Both the position numbers and the translations under genes were made by a program. Below are positions 9,580 through 18,222 of a stretch of DNA of 64,000 nt, in pieces. The notes under the pieces are model-generated. The model had not been told where the DNA came from. It saw only the letters and a program-made list of their open reading frames with translations, and ran no database searches. Origin of the DNA: Spirochaetaceae bacterium (GTDB taxonomy: Bacteria > Spirochaetota > Spirochaetia > SZUA-6 > DRHE01); assembly GCA_020353535.1 (NCBI GenBank), contig CP070696.1, positions 1,677,828-1,741,827 of the forward strand, written 5' to 3'. Numbering within the stretch: the first letter of the stretch is position 1; the number at the start of each line of letters is the position of its first letter.

Positions 9580-10649
9580 AAAAGTTGATCAACGATCCCG
9601 GTGACTTCATACGGGAGAGCCTGGCCGGGCTGATTCGGGCCCATGCGGGTCTGGTGATGATGAATGCGGATCCGCTTTTCGTGTATCGAGCCGACGCCCC
9701 TGTGCGGGGCAAGGTGGCGATCGTCTCCGGAGGCGGCAGCGGTCACGAGCCACTCCATACCGGCTACGTGGGACCGGGAATGCTCGATGCCGCCTGTCCC
9801 GGGGAGGTTTTTACCTCTCCCACGCCGGACCAGATGCTGGCTGCGGCAAAACAGGTGGATGGCGGTTCCGGAGTCCTGTTTATCGTGAAGAACTACAGCG
9901 GGGACATCATGAACTTCGAAATGGCTGCGGAGATGGCCAGCGCGGAGGGCATTGCCGTGGCCAGCGTCATCATCGACGACGACGTGGCTGTAAACGACAG
10001 CCTCTACACCCAGGGCCGGAGAGGGGTGGGAACCACGGTTCTGGCCGAAAAGATCTGCGGCGCGGCGGCGGATCAGGGAAGCTCCTTGAGCGAGCTGGTG
10101 GCACTGTGCCGACGGGTGAGCAGCGCCGGCCGCAGCATGGGTGTGGCCCTGAGCTCCTGCACGGTTCCGGCCGCGGGGGAGCCAACCTTCACTCTGGAGG
10201 AGGGGGAGATGGAGTTCGGTATCGGCATCCACGGTGAACCAGGCCGGGAGCGGATCAAGCTCAAAAAAGCCGACCAGATTACGGAGCTGATGGCCGAGGC
10301 GATCATTAAAGATCCGCAGTACGTGCGCACCCTTCAGGAATGGGATAGAGAGGCAACGGCGCCCGTGGAGCGCCAGGTCTCGGATCCGCCTTTTGCAAAA
10401 GGGGATCCGGTTTTACTATTTGTGAACGGAATGGGCGGCACTCCGCTCTCTGAGCTGTACCTCGTGTTCCGGAAAGCCGCCGCGGAGGCGGAAAAGCACG
10501 GGTTGCGCATCCTGAGGAGCCTGGTAGGCAATTACATCACCTCCCTGGAGATGCAGGGATTTTCCCTCACCCTGCTGAGGATGGACGATCAAATGCTGAG
10601 CTTGTGGGATGCTCCGGTTCTGACTCCCGCTCTTCGCTGGGGAAGGTGA
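9576..10649 (+). CDS. dhaK: dihydroxyacetone kinase subunit DhaK
   Basis: [19 protein letters not shown] and [16 protein letters not shown]. Its ATG overlaps the AOR stop (ATGA at 9576-9579). Confidence 0.92.
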   Translation: MKKLINDPGDFIRESLAGLIRAHAGLVMMNADPLFVYRADAPVRGKVAIVSGGGSGHEPLHTGYVGPGMLDAACPGEVFTSPTPDQMLAAAKQVDGGSGVLFIVKNYSGDIMNFEMAAEMASAEGIAVASVIIDDDVAVNDSLYTQGRRGVGTTVLAEKICGAAADQGSSLSELVALCRRVSSAGRSMGVALSSCTVPAAGEPTFTLEEGEMEFGIGIHGEPGRERIKLKKADQITELMAEAIIKDPQYVRTLQEWDREATAPVERQVSDPPFAKGDPVLLFVNGMGGTPLSELYLVFRKAAAEAEKHGLRILRSLVGNYITSLEMQGFSLTLLRMDDQMLSLWDAPVLTPALRWGR

Positions 10650-10666
10650 AGCATCAAGGCAAAGGA

Positions 10667-11302
10667 ATGAAAGAGACGTTGAGCAGGGAGCAGGTGGTTC
10701 GCTGGTTGCGGGCCGCTGCAGAAAGCATGGGAGAACAGAAGGAGCTTCTCACCCGCCTGGACAAAGCCATCGGTGACGGGGATCACGGGATCAACATGGA
10801 CCGGGGCTTCCGGAAAGTTCTGGAACAGCTGGATGGCGCGGCGGCCAGTGACCTGTCCGGGATCCTCAAAACCGCGGCCATGGCCCTGATCTCTTCTGTG
10901 GGCGGGGCCAGCGGGCCGTTGTACGGCACCTTCTTTCTTAGGGCGAGCGCCGCCGCTGCCGGAAAGAAGGATCTATCCGCATCGGATTTCCACAAGCTGA
11001 TGGAGGCGGGCTTGGGGGGGGTGCGCCAAAGGGGCAAGGCGCAAGCCGGAGACAAGACCATGGTCGATGCACTCCTGCCGGCCGTACAGGCTTTCGGCGA
11101 GGCCCTATCCGAGCAGCAGAATCTGACCTCGGCGCTGGCTCGGGGCGTGGAAGCCGCGCGACGCGGGGCCGAAGCCACCGTTCCTCTGATCGCACGCAAG
11201 GGCAGAGCCAGTTACCTGGGGGAGCGCAGCGCCGGGCACCAGGATCCTGGCGCCACCTCTTCCTACCTGATCCTCAAGGCTCTGCACGACGTCATTGCCT
11301 AA
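10667..11302 (+). CDS. dhaL: dihydroxyacetone kinase subunit DhaL (ADP-binding)
   Basis: LDKAIGDGDHGINMDRGF and GGASGPLYGTFF. The ATG at 10667 lies 17 nt after the dhaK stop. Confidence 0.9.
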   Translation: MKETLSREQVVRWLRAAAESMGEQKELLTRLDKAIGDGDHGINMDRGFRKVLEQLDGAAASDLSGILKTAAMALISSVGGASGPLYGTFFLRASAAAAGKKDLSASDFHKLMEAGLGGVRQRGKAQAGDKTMVDALLPAVQAFGEALSEQQNLTSALARGVEAARRGAEATVPLIARKGRASYLGERSAGHQDPGATSSYLILKALHDVIA

Positions 11303-11361
11303 GCGCCAATGATCGCAAGATCTCCCGAGCCAGTCGGGAACAGAGATACCCGGTAGCTTCT

Positions 11362-13923
11362 ATGGTAGGCATCGTTATCGTTTGTCACAGTGAGACCCTG
11401 GCAGCCGCCGTCATCGCCCTGACAAGGCAGATGGTGCCGGAGGGGATTCCCATTGCTGGAGCGGGGGGTGTGGAGGATCCACAGAATCCGTTCGGCACGG
11501 ATGCCGTCAAGATCCAGTCTGCAGTAGAGTCTGTATTCAGCGAAAGCGGGGTTTTGGTGCTGATGGATCTGGGCAGCGCCCTGCTCAGTGCGGACACCGC
11601 CCTGGAGCTGCTCGGTGAGCAGCGGGCCAGACAGGTGCGGCTCTGCGCCGCTCCCCTGGTGGAAGGCTCACTGGCAGCGGCGGTGAAGGCCGCAGCCGGC
11701 GGCTCTCTGGAGGAGTGCGCTGCTGAGGCTGAGACCTGCCTGCAGGCCAAACGGGCTCACCTGGGGACAGTGCAGGTTGATACGCCGGCTGTCCAGGCCG
11801 GAGAGGCTTCGCCGGCAGGCGATCTCAAGGGGATTCAGACAGCGCAAGCCGAGGCGAGGGTTCTGGTCCGCAACGCCCTCGGACTGCACGCCCGCCCGGC
11901 GGCACGCTTCGTGCAGACAGCCTCTCGCTTCCGCTCCTCGATCTTCGTATCCAATCTGAGCCGCGGCGGCGGGCCGGTGAGCGCCCTAAGCCTGAACGGA
12001 CTGGCCACTCTAGGCATCGGGCAGGGTCAGGAGATGCTCATTCAGGCAGGCGGTGAGGACGGCGAGGCGGCCGTGGCCGAGCTGGTTCGTCTGGTAGAAT
12101 CCGGTTTCGGGGAAGCCACACCGAAACAGCCGCCGACGGGGTTTGAAGGTTTGCAGCCTCCTGAAGCTCCCCTGCAAGGTTTGTTCTCTCCTTTCCGGGG
12201 AGTAGATAAAGACGGCCGGATCGCCGGGCTGCCCGCTTCGCCGGGAATAGCCTTGGGTCCCGCGCTCCTCCTCAGGCGTCGGATTCCTGAGATTCCCTCC
12301 GGACCCGGCCGGGGGGCTGTTTTGGAGCAGGCCCGCCTGGATGCGGCCCTAAAGGCGGTGCGACTCCGTATGGAGGCTATGAGCGAGATGGCCCGCCGCA
12401 GGGCCGGTGAGGCCGAGGCGGACATCTTTCAAGCCTATGCCCTGTCTCTGGCGGATCCCGCCTTGACACAGAGGGCACGGGCTATCCTCTTGGAGCGCAA
12501 TGTGAGCGCTGAATTGGCCTGGTCTTCGGCCGCCAGCACCTTTTTGGAGCTCTACGAGGGACTGGAAGCCCCCTACATGAAGGCCCGTTCCAGGGACCTG
12601 GCCGATCTTCTCAACCAGGTGCTGCTCGAGCTGGCCGGCAGCGGCGAATCGGCTACGGAGCTGATCGAGCCGGCGGTGGTGCTGGCCGAGGATCTTTCTC
12701 CCTCCGAGCTGATCCGGCTCGGTCCGCAGAAGGTGACCGGGATCGCCCTGGCCCGCGGGGGGATCGCCTCCCATGCCGCCATTCTGGCCCGCTCACTCCT
12801 GATTCCTACGGTCGTCAACCTGGGCTCGGGGCTTCTGGATATCGAGTCGGGAATCCCTGTGGCTCTGGACGGAGGAAGCGGAACGTTCTGGATCGATCCT
12901 GGAAACAAGGAGGAGCTGGAGCAGTGGCGGGAGCACTGGCTGAAACAGCGTGACCGCGAGCGGGAACAGGCCCGGCGACCCGCCGTGACTGTCGACGGCG
13001 AGCACATCCGGGTTTTGGCGAACGTTCAGCAGGCCGGGGAAGCGGCCACGGCGGTGCAGTGGGGGGCGGAAGGAATCGGAGTTCTGCGCAGCGAGCTGCT
13101 GTACCTGGAACGGGAGCAGCCGCCGCCGGAGGAGGAGCAGATCGGCGCCTACCGCAGCGCTGCGGAAGTCCTGCCTGGATGGGAGGTTGCAGTCCGGACC
13201 CTGGATCTGGGAGGCGACAAGCTGCCGGATTTTCTGCGGCTCCCGGGTATGGAGAATCCCTTTCTCGGTCTGCGGGGCAGCCGGCTCTACCCCGAGATTC
13301 CCGAGATCATCCGCACTCAGCTGCGGGCCATTCTCCGGGCCGGTGCCGATCATCCTTTAAAGGTCCTCTTTCCCATGGTGGCTACCGTGGAGGAGCTGAG
13401 CGGTCTGCGGCAGCTGGTGGAAGAGGTGCAGAAGGATCTGGCCGAAGAAGGACTGCCCCACGACGCCGCCCCGAAAGTGGGGGTGATGATCGAAGTACCC
13501 TCCGCGGCCCTGCAGGCGGAGCATCTGGCTCGTTCGGCGGATTTTTTCAGCATCGGCACCAACGACCTCTGCCAGTACGTTTTTGCCGTCGAGCGGACCT
13601 GCGCCGAGCTCGCGGAGCTGGCCGATCCTTTGCACCCGGCTCTGCTCAACCTGATCGACCTCACTGCTAAAGCCGGGAAAGCAGCCGGTATCCCGGTGGC
13701 CGTCTGCGGGGAGCTGGCCGCCGTGCCCCTGGCCGTACCGCTGTTGGTCGGACTCGGAGTCGGCGAGCTGAGTGCCTCCCCCCCGGCCATTCCCGTCATC
13801 AAACAAACCCTGGAGCGTGTCTCCGCAGAACAAGCTCGGGAGATCGCGGCTGAAGCGCTTTCCCTGGATTCTGCTGGAGCGGTACGGGCTCTGCTGGCCC
13901 GTCATTATCCTGAGCTGAAATGA
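11362..13923 (+). CDS. dhaM: multiphosphoryl transfer protein: DhaM (EIIA-Man-like) + HPr + complete Enzyme I
   Basis: MVGIVIVCHSETLA (EIIA His), NALGLHARPAARF (HPr His), GGIASHAAILARSL (EI His). The EI C-terminal PEP-binding motifs NPFLGLRGSRL, MIEVPSAAL and FFSIGTNDLCQY are also present. Confidence 0.88.
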   Translation: MVGIVIVCHSETLAAAVIALTRQMVPEGIPIAGAGGVEDPQNPFGTDAVKIQSAVESVFSESGVLVLMDLGSALLSADTALELLGEQRARQVRLCAAPLVEGSLAAAVKAAAGGSLEECAAEAETCLQAKRAHLGTVQVDTPAVQAGEASPAGDLKGIQTAQAEARVLVRNALGLHARPAARFVQTASRFRSSIFVSNLSRGGGPVSALSLNGLATLGIGQGQEMLIQAGGEDGEAAVAELVRLVESGFGEATPKQPPTGFEGLQPPEAPLQGLFSPFRGVDKDGRIAGLPASPGIALGPALLLRRRIPEIPSGPGRGAVLEQARLDAALKAVRLRMEAMSEMARRRAGEAEADIFQAYALSLADPALTQRARAILLERNVSAELAWSSAASTFLELYEGLEAPYMKARSRDLADLLNQVLLELAGSGESATELIEPAVVLAEDLSPSELIRLGPQKVTGIALARGGIASHAAILARSLLIPTVVNLGSGLLDIESGIPVALDGGSGTFWIDPGNKEELEQWREHWLKQRDREREQARRPAVTVDGEHIRVLANVQQAGEAATAVQWGAEGIGVLRSELLYLEREQPPPEEEQIGAYRSAAEVLPGWEVAVRTLDLGGDKLPDFLRLPGMENPFLGLRGSRLYPEIPEIIRTQLRAILRAGADHPLKVLFPMVATVEELSGLRQLVEEVQKDLAEEGLPHDAAPKVGVMIEVPSAALQAEHLARSADFFSIGTNDLCQYVFAVERTCAELAELADPLHPALLNLIDLTAKAGKAAGIPVAVCGELAAVPLAVPLLVGLGVGELSASPPAIPVIKQTLERVSAEQAREIAAEALSLDSAGAVRALLARHYPELK

Positions 13924-14004
13924 GCCGAGGTTCTGAGGATATAGTTGCTGCCCGCCCGCGGACCAGATACGGGGTAGGGTATCGAATTGAAAGGAGAAGA
14001 GGAA

Positions 14005-14769
14005 ATGGCAGTAGCGGAACTACGCAGCGGCGGTAGCGCGATCGGGACGATGGCCCGTCTGATCCGAGATCCTAGTATCGCCTGGATCGCCAAACAGGCC
14101 GGTTTGGATTTCATCATGCTCGATTTGGAGCACGGCTCGAATTCCCTGGAAACCCTGGGTGATGTAGCCCTAGCCGGACGGGGAGCGGGCGTGGAGGTCT
14201 TCGTGCGCGTTCCTGAGCTGGCCAAGGGTTACGTGTCTCGGGCACTGGACTGCGGCTGCACCGCCGTGATGGTGCCCATGGTTGAAACCGTGGAGCAGGC
14301 GCAGCTGCTGGCCGCCTGGAGCAAGTTTGCGCCTGTGGGAAGCAGAGGTCTGGGCAGCATCGGCAATCACACTAGCTACGCCGCCGTGAGTGGAGCCGAA
14401 GCAGGGGCATTCATGGCGGCAACCAATGATCGGGTGCTTGCCATCGCTCAGATCGAGACCGCTGCCGCCATTGAGGCTGTCGGCGGCATAGCCGCGGTCC
14501 CGGGAGTCGACGCCCTGCTGATCGGCCCCAACGACCTGGCCGTTTCTCTTGGTTTTCCCGGAGATCTGGCCAATCCGAAGTTACTGGAAGCGATCGATGC
14601 GGTAGTTGTGGCAACTGCCCAGGAGAACAAGATTTTCGGGATGCACGGGCCGGATGCCCTGATGGAGCGTTATCTGTCCAGAGGGCTGCGGCTGATCATG
14701 AGCAAACTGGACATCAACATTCTGCTGGGGGGTATGAAGGAAATCGCCGCCCGCTGGAGGACCGGATAG
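14005..14769 (+). CDS. HpcH/HpaI family class-II (pyruvate-forming) aldolase
   Basis: GLDFIMLDLEHGS, VRVPE, MVPMVETVEQA and LLIGPNDLAVSLG. AAAGGAGAAGAGG RBS precedes the ATG at 14005. Confidence 0.8.
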   Translation: MAVAELRSGGSAIGTMARLIRDPSIAWIAKQAGLDFIMLDLEHGSNSLETLGDVALAGRGAGVEVFVRVPELAKGYVSRALDCGCTAVMVPMVETVEQAQLLAAWSKFAPVGSRGLGSIGNHTSYAAVSGAEAGAFMAATNDRVLAIAQIETAAAIEAVGGIAAVPGVDALLIGPNDLAVSLGFPGDLANPKLLEAIDAVVVATAQENKIFGMHGPDALMERYLSRGLRLIMSKLDINILLGGMKEIAARWRTG

Positions 14770-14834
14770 GCTGAGGCAGCCCAAGGCGGGACTTCATAAT
14801 ATGCCCTCAGCCTGAACCGTAGTACAATAACACC

Positions 14835-15776
14835 ATGAAGACCCATCGCTTCCAGCCGGCTGAATACCACCTCACCCTCGGTTCACACGTACCTGTACTG
14901 GAGATCGAAGATGGGGATACAGTGCTGACCACCACGGTCGACAACAAGGGGAGGGACGCTTCGGACAGGCAAGTCACCTCACCCGGTAATCCCCAAACCG
15001 GTCCCTTCTATATCCGCGGAGCGGATGCGGGAGATACCCTGGCCGTACGTTTCGACCGGATCACACCCACCCGTTCGATCGGGCGTACCCGGACCTGCAT
15101 CGCTCCCCGTCTACTCGATCCCGAGTATGCGGCGGCTGTCTGGCACGGCGGGCGGGAAGAAGAGCTTCTGGAATGGCGAATCGATACCGAGTCCTGGACT
15201 GCGACGTTGCTCGCCCCGTCATTCCCGGCGGGACGCCTGAGCCTGCCCCTCGATCCAATGGTGGGCTGCTTCGGCACAGCCCCGCCGAGGGGCCAGTTGA
15301 TCGCTTCGAACACCGCTTCCCGTTACGGCGGCAACATGGACTACCGGGGATTCACGGCTGGTGCAACGGTGTACCTTCCCGTTTTCGTCAAAGGCGGTCT
15401 GTTTCACCTGGGGGACGTCCATGCCCTGCAGGGGGACGGGGAGATCGTGGGCACCGGAATAGAGGTTTCCGCCGAGGTGGAGTTTACGGTCCGTCTGATC
15501 AAGGGCAGGAGGATCGACTGGCCCCGGGCTGAGACCCGGGACAGCATCCTGAGCGCCGCTAACGCCCGTCCTCTGGTCCAGGCGTTTCAGGAGGCCACCA
15601 CCGAGATGGTGCGCTGGCTGGTCGAGCTCGGTCTGGAGGAAACGCGGGCTCACGTCCTCCTGGGGCAATGCGTGCGCTACGAGGTGGGAAATGTCTACGA
15701 TCCCGCCTATACGATGATTTGCAAGGTTGGCAAAAGCCTGCTTCAGGGTATCGGGTTGGAGGGGCCATGGCTGTAG
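14835..15776 (+). CDS. acetamidase/formamidase family protein
   Basis: GGNMDYRGFTAGATVYLPVFVKGGLFHLGDVHALQGDGEI is the FmdA/AmdA signature. Confidence 0.85.
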   Translation: MKTHRFQPAEYHLTLGSHVPVLEIEDGDTVLTTTVDNKGRDASDRQVTSPGNPQTGPFYIRGADAGDTLAVRFDRITPTRSIGRTRTCIAPRLLDPEYAAAVWHGGREEELLEWRIDTESWTATLLAPSFPAGRLSLPLDPMVGCFGTAPPRGQLIASNTASRYGGNMDYRGFTAGATVYLPVFVKGGLFHLGDVHALQGDGEIVGTGIEVSAEVEFTVRLIKGRRIDWPRAETRDSILSAANARPLVQAFQEATTEMVRWLVELGLEETRAHVLLGQCVRYEVGNVYDPAYTMICKVGKSLLQGIGLEGPWL

Positions 15777-15837
15777 TACCCAATAGGAGTGCGCGAGGTC
15801 AATAAATAGGAGTCGAAGGATCTTCCTGGCCGTCGAA

Positions 15838-16605
15838 CTAAAATCCCCGGTCCCCGCCGGTCAGGCCGCTCAATCCCTGCAGGAATCCGCCGCGTCGGCC
15901 CTCGCCGCGGTTGATGCCGGTGGCGGCGATCACCCGGTCGGCCAGGCGAGAGAAGGGCAGGGTCTGCAGGTATACGACTCCCGGTCCGGTCAGGGTGGCG
16001 TAGAACAAACCCTCCCCGCCGAACAGGGCGGTTTTGAAGTCGCCGACGAACTTGATGTCATAATCGACCCGCTCCTCGAAGGCCGCCAGACAGCCCGTGT
16101 CAACCCGCAGGCTCTCCCGGTCCTGCAGGGTCTTCTTCAGCAGGGTGCCTCCGGCGTGGACGAAGGCCAAGCCGTTTCCACTCAGACGCTGAAGGATGAA
16201 ACCCTCCCCGCCGAAGAAGCCAGCTCCAAGCCGCTTGGTGAAGGCTACGGAGATGTCGATACCGTAAGCCGAACAGAGGTAGGCGTCCCTCTGGCAGAGC
16301 ATCGATCCGGTCTCGTGAAGCGCAACGGCCAGGATTTTTCCGGGGTAGGGCGCGGAGAAGGCGAGTTTGCGCTTTCCCTGGCTCTCGTTGTAGAAGGTGG
16401 TGATGAAGAAGGATTCTCCTGTGAGTACCCGCTTCAGACCCTTCATGAAACCGCCGCCGGTTCCTGTGTACACACGGATCCCGTCCTCGAGGAACATCAT
16501 GGCCCCGGCCTCGGCCTGGACAGCTTCTTGGGGATCGAGGGTGATGATCACCGCCTGCATATCGTCTCCCACCAACTGGTAATCAACCTGATGTGCCTCC
16601 GCCAT
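15838..16605 (-). CDS. TIGR00266 / AIM24 family protein
   Basis: [44 protein letters not shown] and [21 protein letters not shown]. Confidence 0.8.
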   Translation of the reverse strand: MAEAHQVDYQLVGDDMQAVIITLDPQEAVQAEAGAMMFLEDGIRVYTGTGGGFMKGLKRVLTGESFFITTFYNESQGKRKLAFSAPYPGKILAVALHETGSMLCQRDAYLCSAYGIDISVAFTKRLGAGFFGGEGFILQRLSGNGLAFVHAGGTLLKKTLQDRESLRVDTGCLAAFEERVDYDIKFVGDFKTALFGGEGLFYATLTGPGVVYLQTLPFSRLADRVIAATGINRGEGRRGGFLQGLSGLTGGDRGF

Positions 16606-16728
16606 ATTTTCATCCTCCTATAAGCGTTTCATGAATTGTTACTTTATAGCACTTTATCCGGTTCTCCATCGGTTATCCATAGAAGAGATCCGGTCTTTCA
16701 GGTTATTCTGTTCGTGAGGGAGGAAGCC

Positions 16729-17346
16729 GTGCAGAAGATCGATTACAAGAAGAGGCTCAAACAGCTGTACAGTGCGCCGGCCAAGGCTCCGGTGATCGTG
16801 GAGGTGCCCCTCCTGAACTTCATCATGGTCGATGGCGCCGGGGATCCCAACACTTCAGAACAATTCCAACAGGCGGTGGAGGCCCTCTTCTCCGCATCCT
16901 ACACCCTCAAATTTATGATCAAGAAGGGTCCGCTGGCCGTCGACTACGGGGTGCTTCCCCTGGAGGGCGTCTGGTGGGCCGAGGATATGACCGCCTTCGC
17001 CACGGCGGATAAGGCGTCCTGGAAGTGGACCCTGATGATCATGCAGCCGGAATATGTAACTCCGGAGTTGGTTCGACAGGCCCTCGAGCAGACGGCTAAG
17101 AAAAAAGATTTGCCTGCCCTAGCTCACCTACGCTTTGAGACCTTCCACGAGGGCTTGAGCGCCCAGGTGCTGCATATCGGACCCTTTTCCGCGGAAGGGC
17201 CGACCATCGAGCGGCTTCATCGCTTCATCCGAGACAATGGCTACAGACGCAGGGGAAAGCACCGGGAGATCTATCTCAGCGATTTGAGGCGTGCGGAACC
17301 GGAAAAGCTTAAGACGATCATCCGCCAGCCGGTTGAGTCGATCTGA
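16729..17346 (+). CDS. GyrI-like small-molecule-binding domain protein
   Basis: YSAPAKAPVIVEVPLLNFIMVDGAGDPN and HIGPFSAEGPTIERLHRFI...HREIYLSD. The GTG at 16729 follows GGGAGGAAG. Confidence 0.7.
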   Translation: MQKIDYKKRLKQLYSAPAKAPVIVEVPLLNFIMVDGAGDPNTSEQFQQAVEALFSASYTLKFMIKKGPLAVDYGVLPLEGVWWAEDMTAFATADKASWKWTLMIMQPEYVTPELVRQALEQTAKKKDLPALAHLRFETFHEGLSAQVLHIGPFSAEGPTIERLHRFIRDNGYRRRGKHREIYLSDLRRAEPEKLKTIIRQPVESI

Positions 17347-17355
17347 GTCGATAAA

Positions 17356-18138
17356 TCAGGGAAACAACATCCCCTGCAGCTCCCGGGCGTTGCGGATGGC
17401 TTGACCACGACTGTGGTTGTTGAAGATCACCAGCAGCAGCCGGGCTTTGGCCAGCATGCGCTCGATCATCGGCAGCCACTCGGACAGCTCATCGCCGTCG
17501 TACAGATAGTCGTAGCGGCTGACGTTGTCTCCCTTCCACCAGTTGGCCTGGTTCCGTCCGTGAAAGCGCAGATAGGCCAGATCGGAGCTGACCACTTCCG
17601 TGGGCTCGGGCAGCTTGGGCAGCCGGGGCTCGTCCACGTTGACATACGCGGCGTCCGCCTCCCGCAAGCCATGGTAGACCGAGTCTTTCTGCCACTCACT
17701 GTTACGGAACTCCACAGCTTTGGGTAGATCCGCGAAGCTCTCGCAGAGCCGCTGCAGGTGCTTCCGGCACTCGGGAGTGTAGTGAAAGCTGTAGGGAAAC
17801 TGAAACAGGACCGCGGCCAGCCGATCCGCCTCCACCAGGGGCTGGATGCCCTGTTTGTAGCGCTCCGCCTCGCTGCGAACATCCTCAGGGATGGTGTGGG
17901 TCAGGCTCTGATGCGCCTTGATGGCGAAGCGGAAATGCGCCGGGGTTTTTTCGATCATCCGCTGCAGGGTGGAGACGGTGGGTTGGGTGTAGTAGGAGAA
18001 GTTGAGCTCAACCACGGGAAACTCGGAGGCGTAGAATCCCAAAAAATCCCGCTTGTGCATGCCTTCCGGATAGAAGGGTCCGACCCAGTCATCGTAGGAG
18101 TAACCGCTGGTGCCGATCAGAATTTGCCTGCCGTCCAT
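17356..18138 (-). CDS. DUF72 domain-containing protein
   Basis: ILIGTSGYSYDDWVGPFYPEG and VELNFSYY, with YLRFHGRN near the C-terminus. Confidence 0.85.
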   Translation of the reverse strand: MDGRQILIGTSGYSYDDWVGPFYPEGMHKRDFLGFYASEFPVVELNFSYYTQPTVSTLQRMIEKTPAHFRFAIKAHQSLTHTIPEDVRSEAERYKQGIQPLVEADRLAAVLFQFPYSFHYTPECRKHLQRLCESFADLPKAVEFRNSEWQKDSVYHGLREADAAYVNVDEPRLPKLPEPTEVVSSDLAYLRFHGRNQANWWKGDNVSRYDYLYDGDELSEWLPMIERMLAKARLLLVIFNNHSRGQAIRNARELQGMLFP

Positions 18139-18222
18139 GGTTCATTATAAACTGCTCTGTGGGAACTGCCAGTGAATTCCCTCATTGAATTCTTCCTTTT
18201 TTCGCAATACCATTAAGGCTAT

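Noticed and set aside
15781-15815. Duplicated 9-mer aataggagt (two copies 15 nt apart) in the convergent gap after the formamidase gene.
   Set aside because: Short, with only two copies and no associated gene start in a suitable position. Likely chance.
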